In this document: positions 1 to 8,808 of the stretch, one piece after another
Layout: each line of letters opens with the position of its first letter
How positions within the stretch are numbered: the stretch's first letter is position 1
From: Candidatus Doudnabacteria bacterium
Lineage (GTDB): Bacteria; Patescibacteriota; Doudnabacteria; UBA920
Direction of reading: 5' to 3'
Length of the DNA: 62,402 nucleotides
Assembly: GCA_016218585.1 (NCBI GenBank)
Contig: JACRDK010000013.1
Span: 1-62,402 of the forward strand
The notes under the pieces: generated by a model
What the model saw: only the letters and a program-made list of their open reading frames with translations
Database searches by the model: none
Told to the model about the DNA's origin: nothing
Program-made: the position numbers and the translations under genes

Positions 1-141
1 ACCATTAATTCTCTGGACTATTCTTCCCTTAACTCCAACTGGCTAAAGACCACCTTTACAGGAGATATGAATGGGGATGGCTTAGTTAACTCCATAGACT
101 TTGCTATCTTAAAGAATAACTACAACAAGAGTGGGAATTAG
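1..141 (+). CDS. 3-prime end of a partial CDS ending in a dockerin-type Ca-binding repeat
   Basis: Frame 1 is open from the window edge to TAG 139-141. The tail GDMNGDGLVNSIDFAILKNNY fits the DxNxDGxVNxxD dockerin repeat pattern. Confidence 0.6.
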   Translation, partial: TINSLDYSSLNSNWLKTTFTGDMNGDGLVNSIDFAILKNNYNKSGN

Positions 142-190
142 AACATTTAAACATTTAAGCATCGAATCATTTTAACATTCTATCATTCTA

Positions 191-229
191 ACAACAGGCC
201 TGTCCTTAACGGACAGGCCTGTTGTTTAT
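191..229 (+). terminator. Rho-independent terminator
   Basis: 15-bp perfect stem acaacaggcctgtcc / ggacaggcctgttgt with loop ttaac, followed by a T-rich tail. Confidence 0.75.
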
Positions 230-269
230 GGTATAATAAATAAAGAGAGAATTTTTTACAGAAATAAAA

Positions 270-1505
270 ATGACAAAAATTGTTATTGTTGGAGCAGGGT
301 TTGGGGGATTGAGGGTTGCTTTAGATTTGGAAAAGAAATTTCATTCAGATAAGGACATACAAATTACGCTGGTTGATCAGCGCGATTATCATTTATTTAA
401 CCCAAATTTATTTGAGGTTGCGGCTTCAGCGGAAGAACTTACCAGTTTAACGCAGCTTAAAAAAAGCATTGCCTTGCCGCTAAAAGATATATTGCAAGGG
501 AAAAATATTAAGCTGGTGATTGGCGAGTTAAAACAAACAGATCCGCAAAAGAAACAGATTCTTGTTGGGCAAAAACAAATAGAGTTTGATTATTTAATTT
601 TATCATTGGGTTCAAAAAGCGATTTTTTAAATATCCCAGGCGCTGAAAAATTTGGGCTAGTGTTAAAACATTTGCCCGACGCGTTTAGAATAAGAAATCA
701 GGTTGAATTTGCAATTCAATCCCACAAGCTGGATGTAAATAAAAAGAATTTAAAAATTGTGGTTGCCGGCGGCGGCTATACCGGCTTAGAGTTGGCGGGG
801 GAGCTAAAAGGTCTGGTGGATTTTTTGGCTTGGGAAAACCAATACCCGCGGGAAAAAATTGAAATTGAAGTCATTGAGGCGTCGCCAAAATTAGTCTCCG
901 GTTTTGACAGCCGCTTAAGCCAGGATGCTTATGACCGCCTGCGCGACTTGGCAATTCATGTGCGTTTGTCCAGCAGAATAACCGAAGTTGAGCAGAATTT
1001 TATTTCTTTAATGTCCGGGGAGAAAATTGCTTACGATGTGCTGATTTGGACAGTAGGCATAAAACCCTGCCCGATTAATTGTCCTGTAGCGATGCCGCTG
1101 GACCATAAAGGCAGGTTATGCACTAACGAATATCTGCAATTGCCCGGGCATCAAAATATTTTTGCCCTTGGCGACATTGCTTGCGTTGTAGGCATTAACG
1201 GACAGCCGGTTCCGGCTAGCGCGCAGGATGCTATTGACCAGGGAAGGTATGTTGCGAAGGTCTTGCCTTTGGTAATGAGAAATAAATTACCCGAGGAAAA
1301 ATATTCAGCCAAAAGCCATGGTTTTATTGTTAACTTGGGCGGCAAATGGGCCGTGGTTGCTAACAAAAAATTCTACACGGCCGGTTATTTAGGCTATATA
1401 GTAGACCAGTTAGCTCATATTCGTTATTTCGCCTCGCTAATAGGCATTTTTAAAGCCATAAAGTATGTGTGGTTTGAAGCCGAACTGTATTCCAGGAATG
1501 ATTAA
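270..1505 (+). CDS. ndh: Type II NADH dehydrogenase / FAD-dependent pyridine nucleotide-disulfide oxidoreductase
   Basis: 411 aa with two dinucleotide-binding folds (IVIVGAGFGG, VVAGGGYTGLE) and a GD motif (FALGDIA). Confidence 0.85.
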   Translation: MTKIVIVGAGFGGLRVALDLEKKFHSDKDIQITLVDQRDYHLFNPNLFEVAASAEELTSLTQLKKSIALPLKDILQGKNIKLVIGELKQTDPQKKQILVGQKQIEFDYLILSLGSKSDFLNIPGAEKFGLVLKHLPDAFRIRNQVEFAIQSHKLDVNKKNLKIVVAGGGYTGLELAGELKGLVDFLAWENQYPREKIEIEVIEASPKLVSGFDSRLSQDAYDRLRDLAIHVRLSSRITEVEQNFISLMSGEKIAYDVLIWTVGIKPCPINCPVAMPLDHKGRLCTNEYLQLPGHQNIFALGDIACVVGINGQPVPASAQDAIDQGRYVAKVLPLVMRNKLPEEKYSAKSHGFIVNLGGKWAVVANKKFYTAGYLGYIVDQLAHIRYFASLIGIFKAIKYVWFEAELYSRND

Positions 1506-1520
1506 ATGAGATTTAAGATT

Positions 1521-1553
1521 GAAAAAACCTCGGACTATTCCGAGGTTTTTTTC
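1521..1553. terminator. Bidirectional hairpin terminator shared by ndh and topA
   Basis: aaaaaacctcgg-actatt-ccgaggttttttt, with an A-run and T-run on either side. It overlaps the topA stop codon. Confidence 0.7.
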
Positions 1554-3814
1554 TTTTTCCAAACTTTTTTCGGTTTTGGAGGATTTTCTTTCCAATTTTT
1601 ATAAGCCTCATTCAACTGTTCCTGATTTTCCGGTTTTACATTCATAACAAACGTACAGTCAGGGAAGCGGGTACAGCCAAAGAATGCTTTGCCGCGGCCG
1701 CGTGATTTTCTTTCGACTACATCGCCTGGTTTGTCTTTGCGGCTGTCCGTGGCAAGACAGTTGGGGCATTTAAAGCCGGTCTTATTCCAAATTTTACTAA
1801 TGCCTTTGCATTTTGGGTAATCCTGGCAACCGAGGAAGAAACCAAAGCGCCCGCGTTTTACTTTCATTGGCTTGCCGCAGATTGGGCACTTTTCGTCTTT
1901 AGTTTTTTCTTCCAGCTCTTTAATTTTTGCTGCTTCTTCCGGCATCGGCTGGGTAATTTTACTGCCTTCTTCCGGGCAGGCCAAGAATTTGCCCATGCGC
2001 CCATACTTAATTAACATCATTTTGCCGCAGTGCGGGCAAGGAGTGGTGGAAACTTCTATAGTTTTTTGGACGCTCTCTTCTTTTTCTTTCAAGTGCTGTT
2101 TAAATGGTCCGTAAAACTCTTTCATTACTTCAACCCACTTGATTTTACCTTCTGCAATGTCGTCAAATTCTTCTTCAATATGTGAAGTAAAATTTATATC
2201 AACAATTTCCGGGAAGTTTTCAACTAACATATCGTTAACCAAAAATCCTTCTTCTGTCGGGTGATATTTTTTGTCTATTTTATCTACATAACCGCGGTCC
2301 TGAATAGTGGATAGGGTAGGGGCATAAGTAGATGGGCGGCCAACGCCGTGAGCTTCCAAAGCTTTAATTAGAGTGGCGTCGGAATAGCGTGGCGGAGCTT
2401 CGGTAAAATGTTGTAGAGGCAATAATTCGTGTAATTTCAAAATTTCTTCTTGGGACAATTCCGGCAAAACTCCTTCAATTTCATCTTCAGCTTTTTCGTC
2501 TTGCCCTTCCGTGTAAGCGCGAATAAATCCGTCAAACTTTATTGTTTGGCCATTAGCACGAAACATATAGTTTTTAGCTGCGATATCCGCTGCGGTTTGT
2601 TCCAAGACCGCCGGAGCCATTTGGCACGCAATGGTGCGTTTCCAAATGAGATCGTAGATTTTAAACTGGCCTTTGTCCAAATGTTCTTTAATGTCCTGGG
2701 GTTTTCTTAAGACATCGGTCGGACGAATGGCTTCGTGGGCCTCCTGCGCTCCCTTAGATTTGTTGGTAAAATGCCTTGGCTCACTAAGCGCATATTCTTT
2801 TCCAAATTCAGTTTTTACAACTTCCGCAATTGACACCAAAGCCGACTGCGCTAAGTTTAAGCTGTCGGTTCTCATATAGGTAATCAAACCTTGGTGGCCT
2901 TCTTCGCCTAATTTCACGCCTTCGTAGAGTTGCTGGGCAATAACCATTGTTTGTTTGGCGGACATGCCAAACTTGCGGGCGGCTTCCTGCTGCAGAGTTG
3001 AGGTGGTAAATGGAGCGGCCGGATTTCTTTTAACTTCTTTGGAAGAAATATCTTTTACCTGATATTCGGCGCCGACTAAATCAGCTGTAATTTTTTTGGC
3101 ATCGGTTTCGCTTTTAATATCCATTTTACCAACGGACTGCGAGCCGATTTTTTGCAAACGCGCAATAAAAGTTTTATCGGAATCTTTTTTGGAGAGTTTT
3201 GCTTCCACGCTCCAATATTCTTCTTGTTTGAAGTTTTGAATTTCGCGTTCTCTTTCTACAACTAAGCGAACAGCTACAGATTGCACGCGTCCGGCGGAAA
3301 GGCCGTAGCGGATTTTGCGCCAGAGGAAAGGGGAGAGCTCATAACCCACGAGGCGGTCAAGCACGCGGCGGGCCTGTTGGGCGTCTACTAAGTTTAAGTC
3401 CAAATCACGCGGGTTTTTTAACGCCGCATCTATGGCAGATTTAGTAATTTCGTGGAAAACAATGCGCTTTATGCGCTTATCTTCAGTGCCTTTGGCAATT
3501 TGAGCTTCATCGCCAAGCCCTAAGGCCTGCACCAAATGCCAGGAAATTGCCTCTCCTTCGCGGTCTTCATCAGTCGCTAATATAATAGAGGAAGCTCCTT
3601 TAGACAGTTTTTTTAACTTAGCAACGGTTTCTTTGGCTTTTTCCGGAATAATATAAGTTGGTTCAAAATCATGAGCAACGTCAATTGAGATTTTGCTTTT
3701 AGGCAAATCTCTCACGTGCCCCATAGAAGCTTCAACGGCATATTCGCCACCCAAAAAACGCGAAATGGTTTTCGCTTTGGTTGGTGACTCAACGATGATA
3801 AGTGGTTTGCTCAT
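1535..3814 (-). CDS. topA: DNA topoisomerase I
   Basis: 759 aa. Toprim N-terminus (IIVESPTKAKTI), DEDREGE motif, and several C-terminal CxxC zinc ribbons. Confidence 0.95.
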   Translation of the reverse strand: MSKPLIIVESPTKAKTISRFLGGEYAVEASMGHVRDLPKSKISIDVAHDFEPTYIIPEKAKETVAKLKKLSKGASSIILATDEDREGEAISWHLVQALGLGDEAQIAKGTEDKRIKRIVFHEITKSAIDAALKNPRDLDLNLVDAQQARRVLDRLVGYELSPFLWRKIRYGLSAGRVQSVAVRLVVEREREIQNFKQEEYWSVEAKLSKKDSDKTFIARLQKIGSQSVGKMDIKSETDAKKITADLVGAEYQVKDISSKEVKRNPAAPFTTSTLQQEAARKFGMSAKQTMVIAQQLYEGVKLGEEGHQGLITYMRTDSLNLAQSALVSIAEVVKTEFGKEYALSEPRHFTNKSKGAQEAHEAIRPTDVLRKPQDIKEHLDKGQFKIYDLIWKRTIACQMAPAVLEQTAADIAAKNYMFRANGQTIKFDGFIRAYTEGQDEKAEDEIEGVLPELSQEEILKLHELLPLQHFTEAPPRYSDATLIKALEAHGVGRPSTYAPTLSTIQDRGYVDKIDKKYHPTEEGFLVNDMLVENFPEIVDINFTSHIEEEFDDIAEGKIKWVEVMKEFYGPFKQHLKEKEESVQKTIEVSTTPCPHCGKMMLIKYGRMGKFLACPEEGSKITQPMPEEAAKIKELEEKTKDEKCPICGKPMKVKRGRFGFFLGCQDYPKCKGISKIWNKTGFKCPNCLATDSRKDKPGDVVERKSRGRGKAFFGCTRFPDCTFVMNVKPENQEQLNEAYKNWKENPPKPKKVWKKKKTSE

Positions 3815-3830
3815 AGTTTTTTTCCGATAT

Positions 3831-3916
3831 ACAGATGAACAGATTTACAGATAACTACAGATTTTAGTATCCGTAGGTATCTGTAGATTAGAATAAATCT
3901 GTAAATCTGAATAACT
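3831..3916. repeat. Word-repeat hairpin spacer (ACAGAT x4, then ATCTGT x3)
   Basis: Direct copies of acagat are followed by inverted copies atctgta in the topA/capA spacer. Confidence 0.8.
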
Positions 3917-3973
3917 GTTGGTGAGTTTAACCATAAAAAAAAGATTTGTCAAACCCTGCTGGTTATTTTTTGT

Positions 3974-5185
3974 TTAAGGGACGAGAAAATTTTTTGTTTC
4001 CCCAATTTTTTTTAAGATGCTTTTGGCTTCAGTTTCGGTTGCCGGGCGGGGGGTTGAGTAGTTGTCTATTATTATAGGAATCAGTTCAATTTTTTCTAAG
4101 CTGGCCGGAACTTTTGGCCCCTGTAGGGCGGGGGAGGAAGTTTTAGATAGGCTGATTTTAAGGGCTAATCCTTCGCGCGTATCGCGGCTCCACATTTGGT
4201 CAAAAATAAAATTTCCTAAAGAGTAGAAAATGAATTTGGGATTAGGGCAATTCAACCTCTCCTGCCCTGCGGGCATCCTCCCCTCAGCAGGGGAGGAGGG
4301 GGTTGGACAATAACGCTCTATGGTTTGGATCCAATGCGGATGGGCGCCAATAACCATATCCGCGCCGGCATCTATAGCCGCATGGGCAAAGTCTGTTTGG
4401 GCTTGGTTTGGCTGGCGCACATATTCCACTCCGGCATGCATGGTAGCGACAATAAAATCACATTTAGATTTTAGATTTGAGATTGAAGATTTAAGATTTT
4501 TAACATCATCAATCCTTGCTACGTAATCGTTAACGGTTTTGCCACCGTCATTAATTGAAGAATAAGAGGCGCCAATAAAACATATTTTCAGACCATTTGC
4601 TTCTATTTCGGCCGGCGTCCAGGCCTGGTCTAAATTATTTCCGGCGCCAACCGTTTTTATGCTAAGGGAATTTAAATAATCTTTGGTATAAGCTAATCCT
4701 TTTAGTCCTTGGTCAAAAGCATGGTTGTTGGCTAAATTCAGAATTTGAAAATTATAATCTTTTAGGCCTGTGGTATATTTTTGCGGCGCGCCAAAAATCA
4801 GGCTGTGTCCGCCAATAACCGGGGAAGTGGAAGAGATAGGATTTTCAAAATTCCCAAAATTAAAATCCGTGGATTTTAAAATATCCGCCATTTGGCGGAA
4901 GGGCAGGGCGGGATCGTTTTGTTTTTTTATTTCCGCCGCCACATTTCGGCTTAGCATAATGTCGCCAACTGCCAGAAAGGTTGTTCCATTTTTCAAATCC
5001 GCTTGCTTGGCCATATCTTTCGCCTGGTCAAAATAAGTCTTTAGGGATTTGTCGGCTGCCGCTAATTGGTAAGTTGTTTTATTGGAGCCAAAGTACGGAT
5101 CGCGGTTGTGTTGAATAAGGCCAAGGACAATGGCTAGGGCAAAGAGAACACCAATAATTATTTTTGTTATGTTGGAACGAGACAT
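3974..5185 (-). CDS. CapA/PGA_cap family metallophosphatase-like protein, membrane anchored
   Basis: 403 aa with an N-terminal TM and motifs VGDIM, NLANNHAFD, TMHAGVEY, GAHPHW. It contains two repeat-derived in-frame segments (4253-4306 and 4463-4502). Confidence 0.8.
   Translation of the reverse strand: MSRSNITKIIIGVLFALAIVLGLIQHNRDPYFGSNKTTYQLAAADKSLKTYFDQAKDMAKQADLKNGTTFLAVGDIMLSRNVAAEIKKQNDPALPFRQMADILKSTDFNFGNFENPISSTSPVIGGHSLIFGAPQKYTTGLKDYNFQILNLANNHAFDQGLKGLAYTKDYLNSLSIKTVGAGNNLDQAWTPAEIEANGLKICFIGASYSSINDGGKTVNDYVARIDDVKNLKSSISNLKSKCDFIVATMHAGVEYVRQPNQAQTDFAHAAIDAGADMVIGAHPHWIQTIERYCPTPSSPAEGRMPAGQERLNCPNPKFIFYSLGNFIFDQMWSRDTREGLALKISLSKTSSPALQGPKVPASLEKIELIPIIIDNYSTPRPATETEAKSILKKIGETKNFLVP
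4253..4306. repeat. CAACCTCTCC palindromic element, copy a (inside the capA-like CDS)
   Basis: caacctctcctgccctgcgggcatcctcccctcagcaggggaggagggggttgg. Near-identical to 31263-31318, with shorter relatives at 57278 and 58978. Confidence 0.85.
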
Positions 5186-5311
5186 TGGAAATTAACCTAA
5201 TTATTCTAATTTTTAATTGACCTAAAAAAGTCCCAAATCCTAAATTCCAAGACCGACATTGGGTATTGGTTCTTATTTAGAATAATTAGAGCAATTAGGT
5301 TAATTAGAAAT

Positions 5312-6409
5312 TTACCTGCTTAAAATGTATTGTTGTCCCCCCATATTCCTTATCTTCCCTTTCATTTCCAAAAATGTCAAGGCGGTAATGGCCATGCTTG
5401 TGGTTAGTCCTGACTGTTTGATTAAATTATTTATAGAAATGGGTTCGTAATTAATTAACTTGAGAAGGACGGTTTCTTCCGCGCTGTCGCCAAAAAGAGT
5501 TTGCGTTTGTTGCTGAACTGGCAGGGTTTTTAGATTTAAATCATCCAAAATGTCTGCTGCTGTTGTGGCGGGCTTGGCTCCCATTTTCAGCAGGTTATTT
5601 GGCCCCTGGCTTTGCGGAGAATAAATTGGCCCGGGCACTGCATAGACTGTGCGATTCTGGTCTAGCGCGTGATTGGCGGTAATTAGAGTGCCGCTTTGCA
5701 AATCACATTCCACAACCAATGTCGCCACCGACAGTCCGGAAATAATCCGGTTTCTGGCGACAAAATTTTGTTTAAAGTTTGGCGTGCCGATTGGATATTC
5801 CGAAAGCAGCGCTCCTCCGGCATCAATAATTTGCCTGGCCAGCAGCGCGTGGTGTTTGGGATACAGACTTTTTTCGTCCAGTCCTCCGCCAAGCACGGCA
5901 ATGGTGCGGCGATTTTTCTTTACTGCAATTTCGTGCGCGGCAGAATCTACGCCAAAAGCCATACCGGAAACGATTATCGCCCCGGCGTCAACTAAAGGCT
6001 CTACTAATTGGGGGATTACAGTTCGCCCGTAATTGGTAATTTTTCTGGTTCCAACTACTGCCAGGTCCAGCTCTTCAGGGCTATTCATTGAACCTTTATA
6101 GTAGAGTAGTGGCGGGCTTTTTGGAATTTCCAAAAGCAGCTTGGGGTAGTTTGCATCTTTCTGGCTTAAGAGTTTTATGCCCTCGGCTTTTAATCTATCC
6201 GCCTCTTCTTTTAAATTTATTTTTGGCCGCAAGGACGTAAAAGCCAGAATGGCTGCGCTGTCCACCCCGGTTTTTAGCAGCTCTGCTTGCGGCGCTTCAA
6301 AGGCATCTTTATAAGTAGAGAATTGTTTTGAAAGTTGCTCGAGCCGGGCAGGGCCTAATTGCGGAGTTAAATTAAGCCCGTGTAAATATAAGGAATCTTC
6401 AAAAATCAT
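5312..6409 (-). CDS. dprA: DNA-processing protein DprA (Smf)
   Basis: 365 aa. Rossmann-like core (VVGTRKITNYG, SGMAFGVDSAAH, RNRIISGLS, AVPGPI) plus a C-terminal winged-helix-like tail. Confidence 0.9.
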   Translation of the reverse strand: MIFEDSLYLHGLNLTPQLGPARLEQLSKQFSTYKDAFEAPQAELLKTGVDSAAILAFTSLRPKINLKEEADRLKAEGIKLLSQKDANYPKLLLEIPKSPPLLYYKGSMNSPEELDLAVVGTRKITNYGRTVIPQLVEPLVDAGAIIVSGMAFGVDSAAHEIAVKKNRRTIAVLGGGLDEKSLYPKHHALLARQIIDAGGALLSEYPIGTPNFKQNFVARNRIISGLSVATLVVECDLQSGTLITANHALDQNRTVYAVPGPIYSPQSQGPNNLLKMGAKPATTAADILDDLNLKTLPVQQQTQTLFGDSAEETVLLKLINYEPISINNLIKQSGLTTSMAITALTFLEMKGKIRNMGGQQYILSR

Positions 6410-6439
6410 AAGTATTTAAAGGCCTTTTTAACCTTACCC

Positions 6440-6468
6440 TTGACAAAACGGCCAATTAGGAGTATAAT
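6440..6468 (+). promoter_or_regulatory. Consensus sigma-70 promoter (TTGACA-17-TATAAT)
   Basis: ttgaca at 6440-6445, an exact 17-nt spacer, and tataat at 6463-6468. No CDS lies downstream on this strand. Confidence 0.8.
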
Positions 6469-6474
6469 GTTATA

Positions 6475-6666
6475 TCAGAGTACATATTGTATTTATTACC
6501 CTATTTGCAAGTCGCAAGAACCGGTATCATCCCTCCTATTACTGGTTTAAGCATCAAGTAAAGGTTTGTAGACGATTGTTTGCAGCCTTTCACTTGCAGG
6601 TAGGGTTATAAATAGAATAAACACAGATATAACAAACGGATGAACACGGATAGCCGTGTTTTTTTC
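6475..6666 (+). ncRNA. Orphan small RNA of about 190 nt, class unknown (rod-like, 6S-like shape)
   Basis: It lies between the consensus promoter and an intrinsic terminator (aacacgg-ata-gccgtgtt + T7). 6490-6512 pairs with 6592-6614. The internal hairpin 6519-6547 has a CCCUCCU loop. No ORF is present. Confidence 0.55.
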
Positions 6667-6694
6667 GTGTTAATCCGTTATTAATCCGTGTTCA

Positions 6695-7234
6695 TCAGTT
6701 TTGAATGAATTTTTTGATTTCTAATTTAACTTTTGGAAAAACTTCTTCATTTAACCTGTGCAGCTCTTCTTCGCTAAAATTTTGTAAGACAAAACTTTCT
6801 GTGGGAGGGATTTTTTTATCGGCCCTGTTTTCTACGCCTAAGCGAATGCGGTGAAAATCTTTGGTCCCTAACTCGTCAATAATATTTTGCACCCCGTTAT
6901 GTCCGGCAGCGGAAGAAGAACTGGTCTCCCGAATTTCCGCAAATGGCAAGTCGACTTCGTCGTGGATGACAAGCAGGTCTTTTTGGTAATCAACTTTATA
7001 AAAATCGCCAATTGCTTTAACCGCTTGCCCGGAAAGGTTCATAAAAGTTTGCGGCTTTACCAAAAAAACTTTTTGCGATCCAAAATGCAGCTCGCAAATT
7101 TGGGCGTTAAATGAACTTTGGCAATTTATTGCCTGAATATCTTTTAAAAAATATTCAATAGCCATAAATCCCGCGTTATGACGGGTGTTGTGATATTTAG
7201 TTCCAGGATTGCCTAAGCCAATGATTAACTTCAC
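6695..7234 (-). CDS. pth: Peptidyl-tRNA hydrolase
   Basis: 179 aa; the N-terminus MKLIIGLGNPGTKYHNTRHNAGF is typical of Pth. Confidence 0.95.
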   Translation of the reverse strand: MKLIIGLGNPGTKYHNTRHNAGFMAIEYFLKDIQAINCQSSFNAQICELHFGSQKVFLVKPQTFMNLSGQAVKAIGDFYKVDYQKDLLVIHDEVDLPFAEIRETSSSSAAGHNGVQNIIDELGTKDFHRIRLGVENRADKKIPPTESFVLQNFSEEELHRLNEEVFPKVKLEIKKFIQN

Positions 7235-7341
7235 CCGGGTATATATTTCTATTTAAAAACGAGTAGGCCGTTGTTAAAGTTTAATTAGTATTTTAGTGTC
7301 CCGCAGAGCCTATTTCTACGGAGTTTATGCTTATAGTATAA

Positions 7342-7362
7342 CAAAAAACCGCCTAAGCGGTC
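7342..7362 (-). terminator. Rho-independent terminator after der
   Basis: The minus strand reads accgcttaggcgg followed by a T-run. Confidence 0.6.
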
Positions 7363-7401
7363 TATTGTTTTATCCTACAAGCTAAAAGCTATTAGCTTTT
7401 A

Positions 7402-8784
7402 TTAGGCCTTGTCCTTGCCTTTAAGTTTTAAAGTAATAGGAGTTCCCCAAAAATCCAAGTCTTTAATAATGCCGTTTTCCAGGAACTTTCTAAATTGCAT
7501 TGAAATTGCCGCCGGGTGATTAACCAAAAGTTCAAACATGGGCGGGTTGGTGGCAATTTGGCGCAAACCGGTGACTTTTGGCTTTTTTTGATCGCGCAAT
7601 AATTTGGGCGGGTTGATTTTCATTTTTTTCGCCAGAAAAGCGGTTAGAGTTTCCTGGTCAATTTCTTTATGGCGGGCTTCAAAAATCGGCTTTATAGCCG
7701 CAAGCGCTTCGTCGAGTCCTTCTCCGGTAACCGCTGAGACAAAGAATGCCGGGCACATCCAGAGAAAGGAAAAATGGTGGGAAATATAATCGCGCAGAGT
7801 TTTGTATTCGTCATCAGTCTCGCCGCGCCCGTCCCATTTGCCGCCTTTTTTCCCGCGGTTGTCTTTGGTGTAGGCGTCCATTTTGTTTACTAAAATAATG
7901 CAGCCTTTTTCCATGGCAAAAATTTCATTGGCCACGCGCTGGTCCTGTTTGGTTATTTCTTCATTGGCATCAATAACAAAAAAACAAATATCCGACCGGC
8001 GGATGGCTTTAAATGTTTGAAAGCCGCTAAAAACATCAGGCTGCGGCTGGCGGTGTTCTTTTTTCTTTAGACCGGCAGTATCAATAAAAATATAATTTTC
8101 TCCGCCGATTTCCAGCTGGCTGTCTATGGCGGTGCGGGTAGTGCCCGGAATAGGGGAGACAACCACGCGCTCTTCTTTTAAGATGGCGTTAAAAATACTG
8201 CTCTTGCCGACGTTAGGTTTCCCGACAATGCTTACGGCAATGCCTTTTTTTTCTTCGGTTTTTTTATCCGCCAAACCTAATTTTTTTAGAGTGTCGGTAA
8301 CTTCTTCCAAAAAGTCTCCCAAGCCCAAGCCGGTGAGAGAGGAAACAGTAAAGACATTTTTTATGCCAAGCTTTTGGAACTCTGCTTTTTTGGCTTCGTG
8401 GATTCTGGCTGAGTCCAGTTTGTTAATTACCAGAAGCAATGGTTTTTTGGTGTTGCGGAATTTTTTTAAGCTGGTTTGGTCAATGGCCGCCAGCGGTTCT
8501 TTGCCGTCCACCACAAAAGCAATAATGTCCGCTTCCTGCACGGCCACGTCTATTTGTTTGAGCAGGCTAAGTTCCAGCTGGTCGCCGCTGCCGGCGGAGA
8601 GTCCGGCGGTGTCTACTAAAGTAAAATCAACGCCGCTCCAGGTGGTGTCGATGTATTGGCGGTCGCGCGTGGTTCCGGCAATATCAGAAGTTACCGCCAG
8701 CGGTTTGCCGGCAATTTTGTTCATAAACGTAGATTTTCCGGCATTCGGCTGTCCGACAATGGCTACAAGTGGCAAGTTATTCAT
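7402..8784 (-). CDS. der: Ribosome-associated GTPase Der (EngA)
   Basis: 460 aa with two tandem GTPase domains (GQPNAGKST, GKPNVGKSS; DTAG twice; NKLD/NKMD) and a KH-like C-terminus. Confidence 0.95.
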   Translation of the reverse strand: MNNLPLVAIVGQPNAGKSTFMNKIAGKPLAVTSDIAGTTRDRQYIDTTWSGVDFTLVDTAGLSAGSGDQLELSLLKQIDVAVQEADIIAFVVDGKEPLAAIDQTSLKKFRNTKKPLLLVINKLDSARIHEAKKAEFQKLGIKNVFTVSSLTGLGLGDFLEEVTDTLKKLGLADKKTEEKKGIAVSIVGKPNVGKSSIFNAILKEERVVVSPIPGTTRTAIDSQLEIGGENYIFIDTAGLKKKEHRQPQPDVFSGFQTFKAIRRSDICFFVIDANEEITKQDQRVANEIFAMEKGCIILVNKMDAYTKDNRGKKGGKWDGRGETDDEYKTLRDYISHHFSFLWMCPAFFVSAVTGEGLDEALAAIKPIFEARHKEIDQETLTAFLAKKMKINPPKLLRDQKKPKVTGLRQIATNPPMFELLVNHPAAISMQFRKFLENGIIKDLDFWGTPITLKLKGKDKA

Positions 8785-8808
8785 AAATGTCTCTCTTTAA
8801 AAGGATTA

